Position numbers and translations under genes: made by a program. A model generated the notes under the pieces. The model was given only the letters and a program-made list of their open reading frames with translations, was not told the origin of the DNA and did not search any database. A DNA stretch of 64,000 bases from Arcobacteraceae bacterium (lineage in GTDB: Bacteria; Campylobacterota; Campylobacteria; Campylobacterales; Arcobacteraceae): NCBI GenBank assembly GCA_048268245.1, contig JBLWVX010000001.1, positions 32,001-96,000 of the forward strand. The letters are read 5' to 3'. Position 1 is the first letter of the stretch. The number at the start of each line of letters is the position of its first letter. This document shows positions 10,149 through 19,684 of this stretch, one piece after another.

Positions 10149-10463
10149 ATGAATGATGAGTTAGTACAACGAATCAAAAACAACCCTAAATATCAGGAGT
10201 TGGTACAAAAGAGAAGTGCATTCTCTCTAAAATTGGCAATTTTTGTATTGGTAATGTTTTATGCATATATTTTAACTATTGCATTTGATCCAACATTACT
10301 TGGTATAAAAACAGGTGAAGGTGTTATGACTTATGCATTCCCAGTGGCTGCTGCAATTATCATAATTGGTTTTATTACAACATTAATTTATGTTAAAAGA
10401 GCAAACGGCGAGTTTGAAGACTTAACTAATGAAATAAAAGATGATGTAAAGGATATTATGTAA
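10149..10463 (+). CDS. yjcH: DUF485 (YjcH-like) small membrane subunit of ActP
   Basis: [10 protein letters not shown], two TM helices, [17 protein letters not shown] overlap with actP. Confidence 0.88.
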   Translation: MNDELVQRIKNNPKYQELVQKRSAFSLKLAIFVLVMFYAYILTIAFDPTLLGIKTGEGVMTYAFPVAAAIIIIGFITTLIYVKRANGEFEDLTNEIKDDVKDIM

Positions 10464-12112
10464 TGTTTAGAATTATAGCACTAATTTCAATTTTTGCTGT
10501 GGCATTATTTGCTGCAGGAGATGCAAACTTCGAAGCATCAAAAAGAGAACTAAATATTCCAGCAATTATTATGTTCTTTATTTTTGTTGGTGGTACTTTA
10601 GGTATTACATATTGGGCAGCTAAAAAAACTAAATCTGCAAGTGATTTTTATACAGCAGGTGGAGGAATTTCTGGTTTCCAAAATGGTATGGCTATTGCAG
10701 GTGACTATATGTCAGCAGCATCATTCCTAGGTATTTCTGGTCTTGTTTACTTAAGTGGTTATGATGGATTAATTTATGCAGTTGGATTCTTAGTTGGATG
10801 GCCTGTAATTTTATTCTTAATGGCTGAAAAATTAAGAAACTTAGGTAAATTCACATTTGCTGATATTGCAGCTTATAGACTTGGACAAAAAGAGATTAGA
10901 ACTCTTGCAGCATTTGGTTCTCTGTCAGTTGTTACTTTATATTTAATTGCACAAATGGTTGGTTCAGGTAAACTGATTCAAGTATTATTTGGATTAGAGT
11001 ATGAATATGCTGTAATTCTTGTTGGTGTAATGATGATTATCTATGTAACATTTGGTGGTATGTTAGCTACTACTTGGGTTCAAATTATTAAAGCAGTATT
11101 ATTATTATCAGGGGTTTCATTTATGGGATTCATGGTATTAAGCCATTTTGGATTCTCTTTTGAAGCCTTAGCTACAAAAGCAGTTGAAACTCATGAAAAA
11201 GGTCAAGCAATCATGGAACCAGGAGGTTTTATTTCTGATCCAATTTCTGCTATTTCTTTAGGATTAGCATTAATGCTTGGTACTGCTGGTCTTCCTCATG
11301 TACTTATGAGATTTTTTACAGTTGGAAATGCTAAAGAAGCTAGAAAATCTGTTGTTTACGCAACTGGTTTTATTGGTTACTTCTACTTAGTAATTGCTGT
11401 TATTGGTTTAGGTGCAATTGTATTCTTAAACTCTGATGCAGGAGCTGTATATTTTGTTGATGGTAAACTATTTGGTGGAAATAATATGGCAGCAATTCAC
11501 TTATCACATATAGTAGGTGGTAATGTATTCTTAGGATTTATTTCAGCTGTTGCTTTTGCTACAATTTTAGCAGTTGTTGCAGGTCTTACACTTGCTGGTG
11601 CATCTGCAATTTCACATGATATTTATGCTTGTGTTATTAATCCAAATGCTTCTGAAGAGCAAGAAATTAAAGTTTCTAAAATAGCTGTAATTACAATTGG
11701 TATTGTAGGTGTTGTACTTGGTATTGCATTTGAAAATCAAAATATTGCATTTATGGTTGGTCTTGCATTTGCTATTGCTGCATCTGCTAATTTCCCTATT
11801 TTATTCTTATCTATTTATTGGAGAGGTTTAACTACAAGAGGTGCTTACCTTGGTGGATTTATTGGGTTACTAACTGCTGTTGTTTTAGTTATTGTAGGTC
11901 CTATTGTATGGGTACAAATTTTAGGAAATGAAGAAGCTTTATTCCCTTATAAACACCCTGCTTTATTCTCTGTAACTACAGCATTTATTGCAATTTGGTT
12001 CTTCTCTAAAACAGATAACTCTCAAAGAGCAAAAGATGAAAAAGAATTGTTTGAAGCACAAAATATTAGAGCTCAAACAGGTATTGGTGCATCAGGAGCA
12101 GTTGATCACTAA
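10463..12112 (+). CDS. actP: Cation/acetate symporter ActP
   Basis: [59 protein letters not shown]. Confidence 0.9.
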   Translation: MFRIIALISIFAVALFAAGDANFEASKRELNIPAIIMFFIFVGGTLGITYWAAKKTKSASDFYTAGGGISGFQNGMAIAGDYMSAASFLGISGLVYLSGYDGLIYAVGFLVGWPVILFLMAEKLRNLGKFTFADIAAYRLGQKEIRTLAAFGSLSVVTLYLIAQMVGSGKLIQVLFGLEYEYAVILVGVMMIIYVTFGGMLATTWVQIIKAVLLLSGVSFMGFMVLSHFGFSFEALATKAVETHEKGQAIMEPGGFISDPISAISLGLALMLGTAGLPHVLMRFFTVGNAKEARKSVVYATGFIGYFYLVIAVIGLGAIVFLNSDAGAVYFVDGKLFGGNNMAAIHLSHIVGGNVFLGFISAVAFATILAVVAGLTLAGASAISHDIYACVINPNASEEQEIKVSKIAVITIGIVGVVLGIAFENQNIAFMVGLAFAIAASANFPILFLSIYWRGLTTRGAYLGGFIGLLTAVVLVIVGPIVWVQILGNEEALFPYKHPALFSVTTAFIAIWFFSKTDNSQRAKDEKELFEAQNIRAQTGIGASGAVDH

Positions 12113-12118
12113 AACCAA

Positions 12119-12147
12119 TTACTAAAGAGATTTTTTCTCTTTAGTAA
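12119..12147 (+). terminator. Terminator-like hairpin
   Basis: TTACTAAAGAGA-ttttt-TCTCTTTAGTAA. Confidence 0.7.
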
Positions 12148-12345
12148 CAAATTATTATAACTATTACTAATTTTCACACTATAATTACAACTTTTATGAA
12201 ACTTTATGAAATTATAAAAATTTTCTTAAAAATTACAACTAATCTCTATATATAAATATAGCTTTTTTTGTTACTTTTTTACATTTTTTACATTTTATTT
12301 ACATATTTAATCAATTTTTTTTAATTATAAATAATTTTTTACATG

Positions 12346-12403
12346 TATAATAGAACTGTTTTTTCTTATTTGCTATTTTATTGCTATTGGTTTTAAAGAG
12401 AAT
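12346..12403 (+). promoter_or_regulatory. Promoter region of third symporter operon with TGCTA-N6-TGCTA
   Basis: TATAAT at 12346; TGCTA at 12371 and 12382; weak GAGAAT at 12398. Confidence 0.5.
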
Positions 12404-12457
12404 AAGAATTAGTTTTATGCATAATTTAATTTATGCAATAACGAAAAAGGAAGCAGA

Positions 12458-12772
12458 ATGAACGAAAAGTTAGTAGAGAGGATTGACAATAACCCTAAGT
12501 ATCATGAGCTAGTTTCAAAAAGAAATAGTTTTGGTATCAAATTAGGGATATTTGTTTTAGTGATGTTTTATGCATATATCTTAACAATTGCATTCAACAA
12601 AGAAATTTTAGCAACTAAAATAGGTGATGGTTTAACAACTGTAGCATTTCCTATTGCATTAGCTATCTTAATTATCAGTTTTATCACAACAGTGATTTAT
12701 GTTAGAAGAGCAAATGGGGAGTTTGAAGACCTAACAAATGAAATTAAAGAAGATGTAAAGGATTTAGTGTAA
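12458..12772 (+). CDS. yjcH: DUF485 (YjcH-like) small membrane subunit, second copy
   Basis: Same length (104 aa) as, and clearly paralogous to, 10149..10463. Confidence 0.88.
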   Translation: MNEKLVERIDNNPKYHELVSKRNSFGIKLGIFVLVMFYAYILTIAFNKEILATKIGDGLTTVAFPIALAILIISFITTVIYVRRANGEFEDLTNEIKEDVKDLV

Positions 12773-14421
12773 TGTTTAGAATTTTAGCGCTTATTTCAGT
12801 TATTTCTTTAACAGCATTTGCAGCAGGTGATGCATCTTTTGAAGCTACAAAAAGAGAATTAAATATTCCTGCAATTATTATGTTCTTCATTTTTATTTTA
12901 GGAACATTAGGTTTAACATACTGGGCAGCAAAAAAAACAAAATCTGCTAGTGACTTCTATACAGCTGGTGGAGGAATCACAGGTTTTCAAAATGGTTTAG
13001 CAATTGCAGGTGACTATATGTCAGCAGCTGCATTCTTAGGTGTATCTGGTCTTATTTATATGAAAGGTTATGATGGAGTTATCTATGCTGTATCATTCTT
13101 AGTTGGTTGGCCAATTATTCTTTTCTTCATGGCTGAGAAATTAAGAAACTTAGGTAAGTTTACATTTACAGATATCGCAGCATACAGATTAGGTCAAAAA
13201 CAAATCAGAACATTAGCTGCATTTGGTACTATCTCTGTTGTTATATTATACCTTATTGCACAAATGGTTGGTGCTGGTAAATTAATTCAAGTTTTATTTG
13301 GTATGGAATATGAATTTGCAGTAATCCTTGTTGGTGTTATGATGATTATCTACGTAACATTTGGTGGTATGCTTGCAACTACATGGGTTCAAATTATTAA
13401 GGCATGTTTACTTTTATCTGGTGTTTCATTTATGGCTATCATGGTTTTATATCACTTTGATTTTAGTTTTGAATCATTAGCTGTAAAAGCTGTTGAAAAT
13501 CACAGTGCTGGTGAGTCAATTTTAGCTCCTGGTGGATTTATATCTGACCCTATTTCAGCTATTTCTTTAGGTATGGCTTTAATGCTAGGAACTGCTGGTC
13601 TTCCACACGTTCTTATGAGATTCTTTACAGTTGGTAATGCTAAAGAAGCTAGAAAATCTGTTGTTTATGCAACTGGTTTTGTTGGTTACTTCTGGATTAT
13701 CATTACAATCGTTGGTTTTGGTGCGATTGCATTCTTAAACTCTGATGCAGGTGCTGCGTACTTTGTTGATGGTAAGTTATTTGGTGGAAACAATATGGCA
13801 TCTATTCACTTATCACATATGTTAGGTGGTAATGCATTCTTAGGATTTATTTCAGCAGTTGCATTTGCTACTATTTTAGCAGTTGTATCTGGTCTTACAT
13901 TATCAGCAGCAGGTGCTATTTCTCATGATCTTTATGCAAATGTAATTAACACAAATTCTACAGATGAACAAGTAGTTAAAGTATCTAGATATACAGTTGT
14001 TTTAGTTGGTATTGTAGGTGTTACATTAGGTATTGCGTTTGAGCAACAAAATATTGCTTATATGGTTGGTCTTGCATTTGGTATTGCAGCATCAGCTAAC
14101 TTCCCAATTTTATTCTTATCAATTTACTGGTCTCAGTTAACAACAAGAGGGGCATTCTTAGGTGGATTATGTGGTCTTATCTCTGCTGTTACACTTGTAA
14201 TTGTTGGACCAATTGTATGGGTACAAATTTTAGGAAATGAAGAAGCATTATTCCCTTATAAACACCCTGCTCTATTCTCTGTAACAATTGCATTTGTTGC
14301 TATCTGGTTCTTCTCTAAGACAGATAATTCAGAAAAAGGGAAAGCGGAGAAAAAATTATTTAAAGCTCAAAATATTAGAGCAAATACAGGTATTGGTGCA
14401 GCAGGAGCTGTTGATCACTAA
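12772..14421 (+). CDS. actP: Cation/acetate symporter ActP, tandem paralog
   Basis: Same length (549 aa) and collinear with 10463..12112. Confidence 0.9.
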   Translation: MFRILALISVISLTAFAAGDASFEATKRELNIPAIIMFFIFILGTLGLTYWAAKKTKSASDFYTAGGGITGFQNGLAIAGDYMSAAAFLGVSGLIYMKGYDGVIYAVSFLVGWPIILFFMAEKLRNLGKFTFTDIAAYRLGQKQIRTLAAFGTISVVILYLIAQMVGAGKLIQVLFGMEYEFAVILVGVMMIIYVTFGGMLATTWVQIIKACLLLSGVSFMAIMVLYHFDFSFESLAVKAVENHSAGESILAPGGFISDPISAISLGMALMLGTAGLPHVLMRFFTVGNAKEARKSVVYATGFVGYFWIIITIVGFGAIAFLNSDAGAAYFVDGKLFGGNNMASIHLSHMLGGNAFLGFISAVAFATILAVVSGLTLSAAGAISHDLYANVINTNSTDEQVVKVSRYTVVLVGIVGVTLGIAFEQQNIAYMVGLAFGIAASANFPILFLSIYWSQLTTRGAFLGGLCGLISAVTLVIVGPIVWVQILGNEEALFPYKHPALFSVTIAFVAIWFFSKTDNSEKGKAEKKLFKAQNIRANTGIGAAGAVDH

Positions 14422-14429
14422 GCCTTTTA

Positions 14430-14461
14430 AAATATCAAAGAAGGTTACTTCTTTGATATTT
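14430..14461 (+). terminator. Terminator-like hairpin
   Basis: AAATATCAAAGAAG-gtta-CTTCTTTGATATTT. Confidence 0.7.
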
Positions 14462-14603
14462 ATTATTAACTACAAATTTTAAAATCTAACTTATAACATT
14501 ACTATAAAATTTACTTATATTATATTTTACACTATTTAATTCTAGTAATTATTATTTTATTTTTTATTAGCTAAAATAAATAAAGAGAAATTAGGAAACA
14601 TAA

Positions 14604-16445
14604 ATGAGTATATTAGAACAGAAAACATTTTTAAGTTCAATTCATCCTTTTGAGCACTTAACAAAAGCTCAACTAGATGTCTTTTCAGAACATATAGATA
14701 TTGTATATTTCAAAAAAAATGAAATAATACAAAAGCAAGGAGCTGAACCAAAGTTTTTATACTTTGTATTAAAAGGAATAGTACAAGAAAAACAAGAAGA
14801 TGAAGTATTATCAATTTTTTCAAAAAACGAACTATTTGATGCAATTTCACTAATTGAAAACTATTCAAAACATACATTCGTTACAGCACAAGAAACAATT
14901 TGTTATTCTTTACCAAGAGAAATATTTATCAAAACTTTACATGAGAATCAAAACTTAGAAAGCTATTTCTTTCAATCAATTTCACAAAAACTTAACAATC
15001 ATGTTGACCAAGAAAAAAATAAAGAGATTGCAAATATCATGATTGCAAAAGTAAAAGATGCCAATGTACATAATGCAGTTATTACAGATACACAAAAAAC
15101 TATATTTGAAGCTGCTACAATAATAAAAGAAGAAAAGGTCCCAACTTTACTTCTAAGAGATGAAAATGATGAAATGTATATTGTTACAGATTCAGATTTT
15201 AGACAAAAAGTAATTTTAAATAGAATGGATTTTGATGATAAAATCATAAAGATAGCATCAAAAGGTTTAATCTATGTAAATGAAAATGATTTTTTATTTA
15301 ATGCCCAATTAATTATGGCAAAACATGGACTAAAAAGAGTTGTTGTTAAAAATGATAAAAATGAAATAGTTGGTATCTTAGATCAAATTTCACTATCTTC
15401 ATTTTTTGCAACTAATACATTCTCTGTTTCAAATCAAATTGTAAAAGCAGAAACTATTGAAGAATTAAAACAAGCTTCACTATCATTTATAAAAATAGTT
15501 AAATCTTTAAATGCAAAAGGTGTAAAAGTTGAATTTATTGCAAAACTAATAAATCAACTAAATAAAAAACTAATTGCAAAACTATTTAGTTTCTTAGCTC
15601 CTGATGAATTAAAAGGTAAATCATGTTTAGTTGTAATGGGAAGTGAAGGAAGAAGTGAGCAAATTTTAAAAACAGATCAAGATAATGCATTGATACTAGC
15701 AGATGATTGTGAAATAAGTGATGAGAAATTAAATGAGTTTACACATAAGTTTACAGAAACCTTAGTTAATTTTGGTTTTCCGAGATGTGAGGGTAATATC
15801 ATGGTTTCTAATCCATATTGGAGAAGAAGAAAAAAAGATTTTAAAGATTTAATTTACTCTTGGGTTAATGAACCAAGTCCTGATAATATGATGAATACTG
15901 CAATTTTTTATGACTCAATTTGTATAGCAGGTGACAAACAAATAATTCTTGATTTAAAAGAATACTTATTTAAGGTTGTAGGAGACACACAAACATTTAA
16001 CTCACAATTTGCAAAAGTTATCATGAGTTTTGATGTACCTTTAGGTTTCTTTGATGGTTTTGTATTTAATAGTGATGATAAAGAGCATAAAGATGAACTT
16101 GATATAAAAAAAGGTGGGATATTTATTTTAGTTCAAAGTATTAGAGCATTAAGTTTAGAAAAAAAACTATTTAATACAAATACAATAAAAAGAGTAAAAG
16201 CTCTAAAAGAGATGGGTATATTTGATGATGAATTTGCACAAGAAGTTATCATGGCATTTAACTATTTATCAAATCTAAAACTAAAATCAAATTTAGAAAA
16301 AATTGATAAAAAAGAAAATATTGACAACTATATTAATCCTGATGATTTAAATACAATGCAAAAAGACTTATTAAAAGACTCTTTTAAAATTGTTAATAAA
16401 TTAAAGAAAAAATTAGAATACCATTTTAAGTTGAACTATGTTTAG
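14604..16445 (+). CDS. cNMP-binding + 2xCBS + DUF294 putative nucleotidyltransferase, copy 2
   Basis: IHPF, CBS pair (VTDSDFR; GILDQ), GSEGRSEQILKTDQDNAL, GFPRCEGNIMVSNPYW, LDIKKGG. Confidence 0.85.
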   Translation: MSILEQKTFLSSIHPFEHLTKAQLDVFSEHIDIVYFKKNEIIQKQGAEPKFLYFVLKGIVQEKQEDEVLSIFSKNELFDAISLIENYSKHTFVTAQETICYSLPREIFIKTLHENQNLESYFFQSISQKLNNHVDQEKNKEIANIMIAKVKDANVHNAVITDTQKTIFEAATIIKEEKVPTLLLRDENDEMYIVTDSDFRQKVILNRMDFDDKIIKIASKGLIYVNENDFLFNAQLIMAKHGLKRVVVKNDKNEIVGILDQISLSSFFATNTFSVSNQIVKAETIEELKQASLSFIKIVKSLNAKGVKVEFIAKLINQLNKKLIAKLFSFLAPDELKGKSCLVVMGSEGRSEQILKTDQDNALILADDCEISDEKLNEFTHKFTETLVNFGFPRCEGNIMVSNPYWRRRKKDFKDLIYSWVNEPSPDNMMNTAIFYDSICIAGDKQIILDLKEYLFKVVGDTQTFNSQFAKVIMSFDVPLGFFDGFVFNSDDKEHKDELDIKKGGIFILVQSIRALSLEKKLFNTNTIKRVKALKEMGIFDDEFAQEVIMAFNYLSNLKLKSNLEKIDKKENIDNYINPDDLNTMQKDLLKDSFKIVNKLKKKLEYHFKLNYV

Positions 16446-17058
16446 AATTATAAAAAACTATTTTAATAAAAAAAATCTAAAAGACGATAAATATCAATAT
16501 CTATTTGATAAAGCTCATGAAGATGAATATGTTTGTTTTGATTGTGAAACAACAGGTTTAGATCCCAAAAAAGATGAAATAATCTCAATAGGTGCTGTAA
16601 TCATAAAAAACAATACAATTATTTCAAGTAAAAAATTTGTAAAGTTTGTAAAACCAAAAACTAAACTTCAAGAAGATGCTATTAAAGTACATCATATAAG
16701 AGAGATGGATTTAGAAAATGCTTTAAATATTGATGATGTTATTTATGAATTCTTAGATTATATAGGGAATAGAACACTTGTAGGATATTTTTTAGAGTTT
16801 GATATTGCAATGATAGATAAATATGTAAAACCTAGACTTGGTATTTCTTTACCTAATAAAAGAATTGAAGTATCTGCAATCTATCATGACTATAAAATAG
16901 AAGCTATACCACAAGGGAATATAGATTTAAGATTTGACACAATTATGAATGAATTACAAATTCCTGTTATGGGAAAACATGATGCATATAATGATGCATT
17001 AATGACTTCATTAATATTTTTGAAATTAAAAAATATTTCAAAGCTAAAAATACAATAA
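16438..17058 (+). CDS. DEDDh 3'-5' exonuclease family protein, copy 2
   Basis: FDCETTGL, EFD, HDAYNDA; 8-nt overlap with upstream gene. Confidence 0.88.
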   Translation: MFRIIKNYFNKKNLKDDKYQYLFDKAHEDEYVCFDCETTGLDPKKDEIISIGAVIIKNNTIISSKKFVKFVKPKTKLQEDAIKVHHIREMDLENALNIDDVIYEFLDYIGNRTLVGYFLEFDIAMIDKYVKPRLGISLPNKRIEVSAIYHDYKIEAIPQGNIDLRFDTIMNELQIPVMGKHDAYNDALMTSLIFLKLKNISKLKIQ

Positions 17059-17141
17059 AGGAAACTTAAACTATGCTAAACTATCAAAAGTGTTACATTT
17101 ACTTTTGATAGATACGTAAAACGTTAATTTTTTATTCATTT

Positions 17142-17342
17142 TGTACAATAATTGTACATTAATAAAGTAATATATAACACTTAAGAGCCATTTAGACCAT
17201 ATTTTATTACGATTCTGCACATTTTCTTTTTTTATCAAATTTTATGTATATTTTATGTACTTTTCGAAAAATATAATATACAATATAAATGATCAAGATT
17301 ATAAACCAATGCTATTTTTTTGCTATGGTTATAAATTATAAT
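17142..17342 (+). promoter_or_regulatory. Composite pta-ackA promoter region with three 11-bp-period direct repeats
   Basis: TGTACA x2 (17142/17153); TGTATA/TGTACT (17245/17256) then TATAAT 17272; TGCTA x2 (17310/17321) then TATAAT 17337. Confidence 0.6.
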
Positions 17343-17377
17343 CTTTCACAAGTTTTTAAAGTAGAAAGGATAACTTA

Positions 17378-18373
17378 ATGGGTTTAATTAAAAGCATTAA
17401 AGAAAAAGCAAAGTTACAGCTAAGAACTATCGTTCTTCCCGAAACAGAAGATGAAAGAGTATTAAAAGCTACTCAAAAAGTTCTTGAAGAGAAAACTGCA
17501 AATGTTGTATTAATAGGTAATGAAGAAACAATCAAATCTGATGCTTCATCATGTGATGCAAATATTGAAGGAGCAACAATTGTTGACCCTAGAAAGTTTG
17601 AAAACATTGATAAATATATTGATGAGTTAGTTGAACTTAGAAAAAAGAAAGGTTTAACAAGAGAAGAAGCTACTGAAATCATGTTAAATGAACCTAGATT
17701 CTTTGGTTGTATGATGGTTAGACTTGGAGATGCTGATGGTTTAGTTGCAGGTTCTAACTCTCCTACGGCTGATGTTTTAAAAGCTGCTATTCAAGTTATT
17801 AAAACTGCACCTGGTATTAATACTGTATCATCTGCATTTATTATGGAAACTGCTGATGGAAAGTTTGGAGACAATGGTTTAATTCTATTTGCAGATTGTG
17901 CTGTTATTCCAGAACCAAATGCAGAACAATTAGCTGATATTGCTTGTGCAACTGCTGCTACTGCTAACTCTGTTGTAGGATTAGATCCAAGAGTTGCTAT
18001 GTTATCATTTTCAACAAAAGGTAGTGCAAATCATCCATTAGTTGATAAAGTACAATACGCTGTTGATATTTTACAAGAAAGAAATGTTGACTTCTCATTT
18101 GATGGTGAAATGCAAGCTGATGCAGCAATCGTTGAAGCAATTGGAGCTAAAAAAGCACCAGGCTCAGAAGTAGCTGGTAAAGCAAATGTTCTTGTATTCC
18201 CAGATTTACAATCAGGAAATATTGGATATAAATTAGTTCAAAGATTTGCAGATGCTGCAGCTCATGGACCAGTTGTTCAAGGTTTAGCAAAACCTGTAAA
18301 TGACCTTTCAAGAGGTTGTTCAGTTGATGATATCGCAAACTTAGTAGCTATTACAGCAACTCAAATTAAATAA
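17378..18373 (+). CDS. pta: Phosphate acetyltransferase (short, catalytic-domain-only form)
   Basis: IVLPE.EDER, FADCAV, AMLSFSTKGS, DGEMQADAA, FPDLQSGNIGYK, NDLSRGC. Confidence 0.95.
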   Translation: MGLIKSIKEKAKLQLRTIVLPETEDERVLKATQKVLEEKTANVVLIGNEETIKSDASSCDANIEGATIVDPRKFENIDKYIDELVELRKKKGLTREEATEIMLNEPRFFGCMMVRLGDADGLVAGSNSPTADVLKAAIQVIKTAPGINTVSSAFIMETADGKFGDNGLILFADCAVIPEPNAEQLADIACATAATANSVVGLDPRVAMLSFSTKGSANHPLVDKVQYAVDILQERNVDFSFDGEMQADAAIVEAIGAKKAPGSEVAGKANVLVFPDLQSGNIGYKLVQRFADAAAHGPVVQGLAKPVNDLSRGCSVDDIANLVAITATQIK

Positions 18374-18402
18374 TTAAATCTATAAAAAAAAGGAAGCAAA
18401 AT

Positions 18403-19605
18403 ATGTTAGTATTTATCTTAAACGCAGGAAGTTCATCTCTTAAATATCAATTAATGAACCCAGTTACAAAAGAGACTTTAGCAGCAGGAATTTGTGAAAG
18501 AATTGGAATTGATGGTCTTTTAAAGCATGAGTTTGGTAATGATCAAGAATTAAAAATTGATGTAAATATGCCAACACATAAAGAAGCTATTGAGCTTGTT
18601 TTAAGAACATTAATTGATGGTGAAGGTAAAGTAATTGATTCTATTGATGATATTGAAGCAATTGGTCATAGAGCAGTTCATGGAGGAGAAGAGTTTGCTT
18701 CATCTGTAATAGTTACAGAAAAAGTAATAGAAACTATGAAAAAATTAATTCCACTTGCTCCATTACATAACCCAGCAAATATTATGGGAATGGAAATTTG
18801 TCAAGAATTAATGCCTGGAAAACCTAATGTAGCTGTGTTTGATACTGCTTTTCACCAAACTATGCCTGATTATGCTTATATGTATGCTTTACCAAAAGAT
18901 CAATATACTAAACATGGTATTAGAAAATATGGTTTCCATGGAACTTCTCACTACTTTGTTTCAAATGAAGCAAGAAAAATGTTAGATAAAAAACATAATA
19001 CTAGAATTATTGTATGTCATTTAGGAAATGGCTCTTCTGTTTCTGCTGTACAAAATGGAGAATGTATTGATACATCTATGGGACTTACACCTGTTCAAGG
19101 TTTAATGATGGGAACAAGAGCTGGAGATGTTGGAGCTGGTGCATTACAATACATGATGAGTCAAGAAGGTTTAACAATTGATGAAGCTTTAAATATTATG
19201 AATAAAAAATCAGGTATTTTAGGTATTTCTGGAAAATCTTCTGATTTAAGAGAAGTATTAGAAGGTATGCAAGAAGGTGATGATAATTGTAGATTAGCAG
19301 TAGATATGGTTGCATATAATATTAAAAAATATGTAGGTGCTTATGTGGCAGCTTTAGATGGAATAGATGCTTTATGTTTCACTGGTGGTATTGGTGAAAA
19401 TGCTGCATTAATTAGAGAAAAAGTTTGTGCTGGATTAGATGCAATGGGACTAGTTATTGATCCAGTTAAAAATAACAAAAGATCAAGAGAAGCAAGAGAT
19501 ATTGCAACAAATGGCTCTTCTTCAAGAATTTTTGTTATCCCTACTAATGAAGAATACGTTATTGCTAATGATACTTTTAAAATCGTTTCAGGACTTGAAA
19601 AATAA
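18403..19605 (+). CDS. ackA: Acetate kinase
   Basis: NAGSSSLK, GHRAVHGG, APLHN, FDTAFH, YGFHGTSH, HLGNG, TGGIGEN, PTNEE. Confidence 0.97.
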   Translation: MLVFILNAGSSSLKYQLMNPVTKETLAAGICERIGIDGLLKHEFGNDQELKIDVNMPTHKEAIELVLRTLIDGEGKVIDSIDDIEAIGHRAVHGGEEFASSVIVTEKVIETMKKLIPLAPLHNPANIMGMEICQELMPGKPNVAVFDTAFHQTMPDYAYMYALPKDQYTKHGIRKYGFHGTSHYFVSNEARKMLDKKHNTRIIVCHLGNGSSVSAVQNGECIDTSMGLTPVQGLMMGTRAGDVGAGALQYMMSQEGLTIDEALNIMNKKSGILGISGKSSDLREVLEGMQEGDDNCRLAVDMVAYNIKKYVGAYVAALDGIDALCFTGGIGENAALIREKVCAGLDAMGLVIDPVKNNKRSREARDIATNGSSSRIFVIPTNEEYVIANDTFKIVSGLEK

Positions 19606-19627
19606 TTTATTTTTTAAATTTTCTATA

Positions 19628-19662
19628 AAAAAAGGGATGAAGATAAACTTCATCCCTTTTTT
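19628..19662. terminator. Bidirectional terminator between convergent ackA and sppA
   Basis: AAAAAAGGGATGAAG-ataaa-CTTCATCCCTTTTTT. Confidence 0.85.
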
Positions 19663-19684
19663 ATTTTTAATATACAAATACTAT

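Noticed and set aside
7475..17058. DUF294/exonuclease pair as a CBASS or toxin-antitoxin defence system, or as DNA polymerase III epsilon
   Set aside because: cNMP/CBS architecture and transporter context fit metabolic regulation; no effector genes; two coupled copies are unlike dnaQ
17073..17108. Mini-ORF MLNYQKCYIYF after AAGGA
   Set aside because: Only 11 codons with no informative codon run; could be chance or a gene remnant
2352..19605. Acetate locus as an island integrated at the tRNA cluster
   Set aside because: No integrase and no duplicated tRNA 3' end seen; composition looks like flanking DNA
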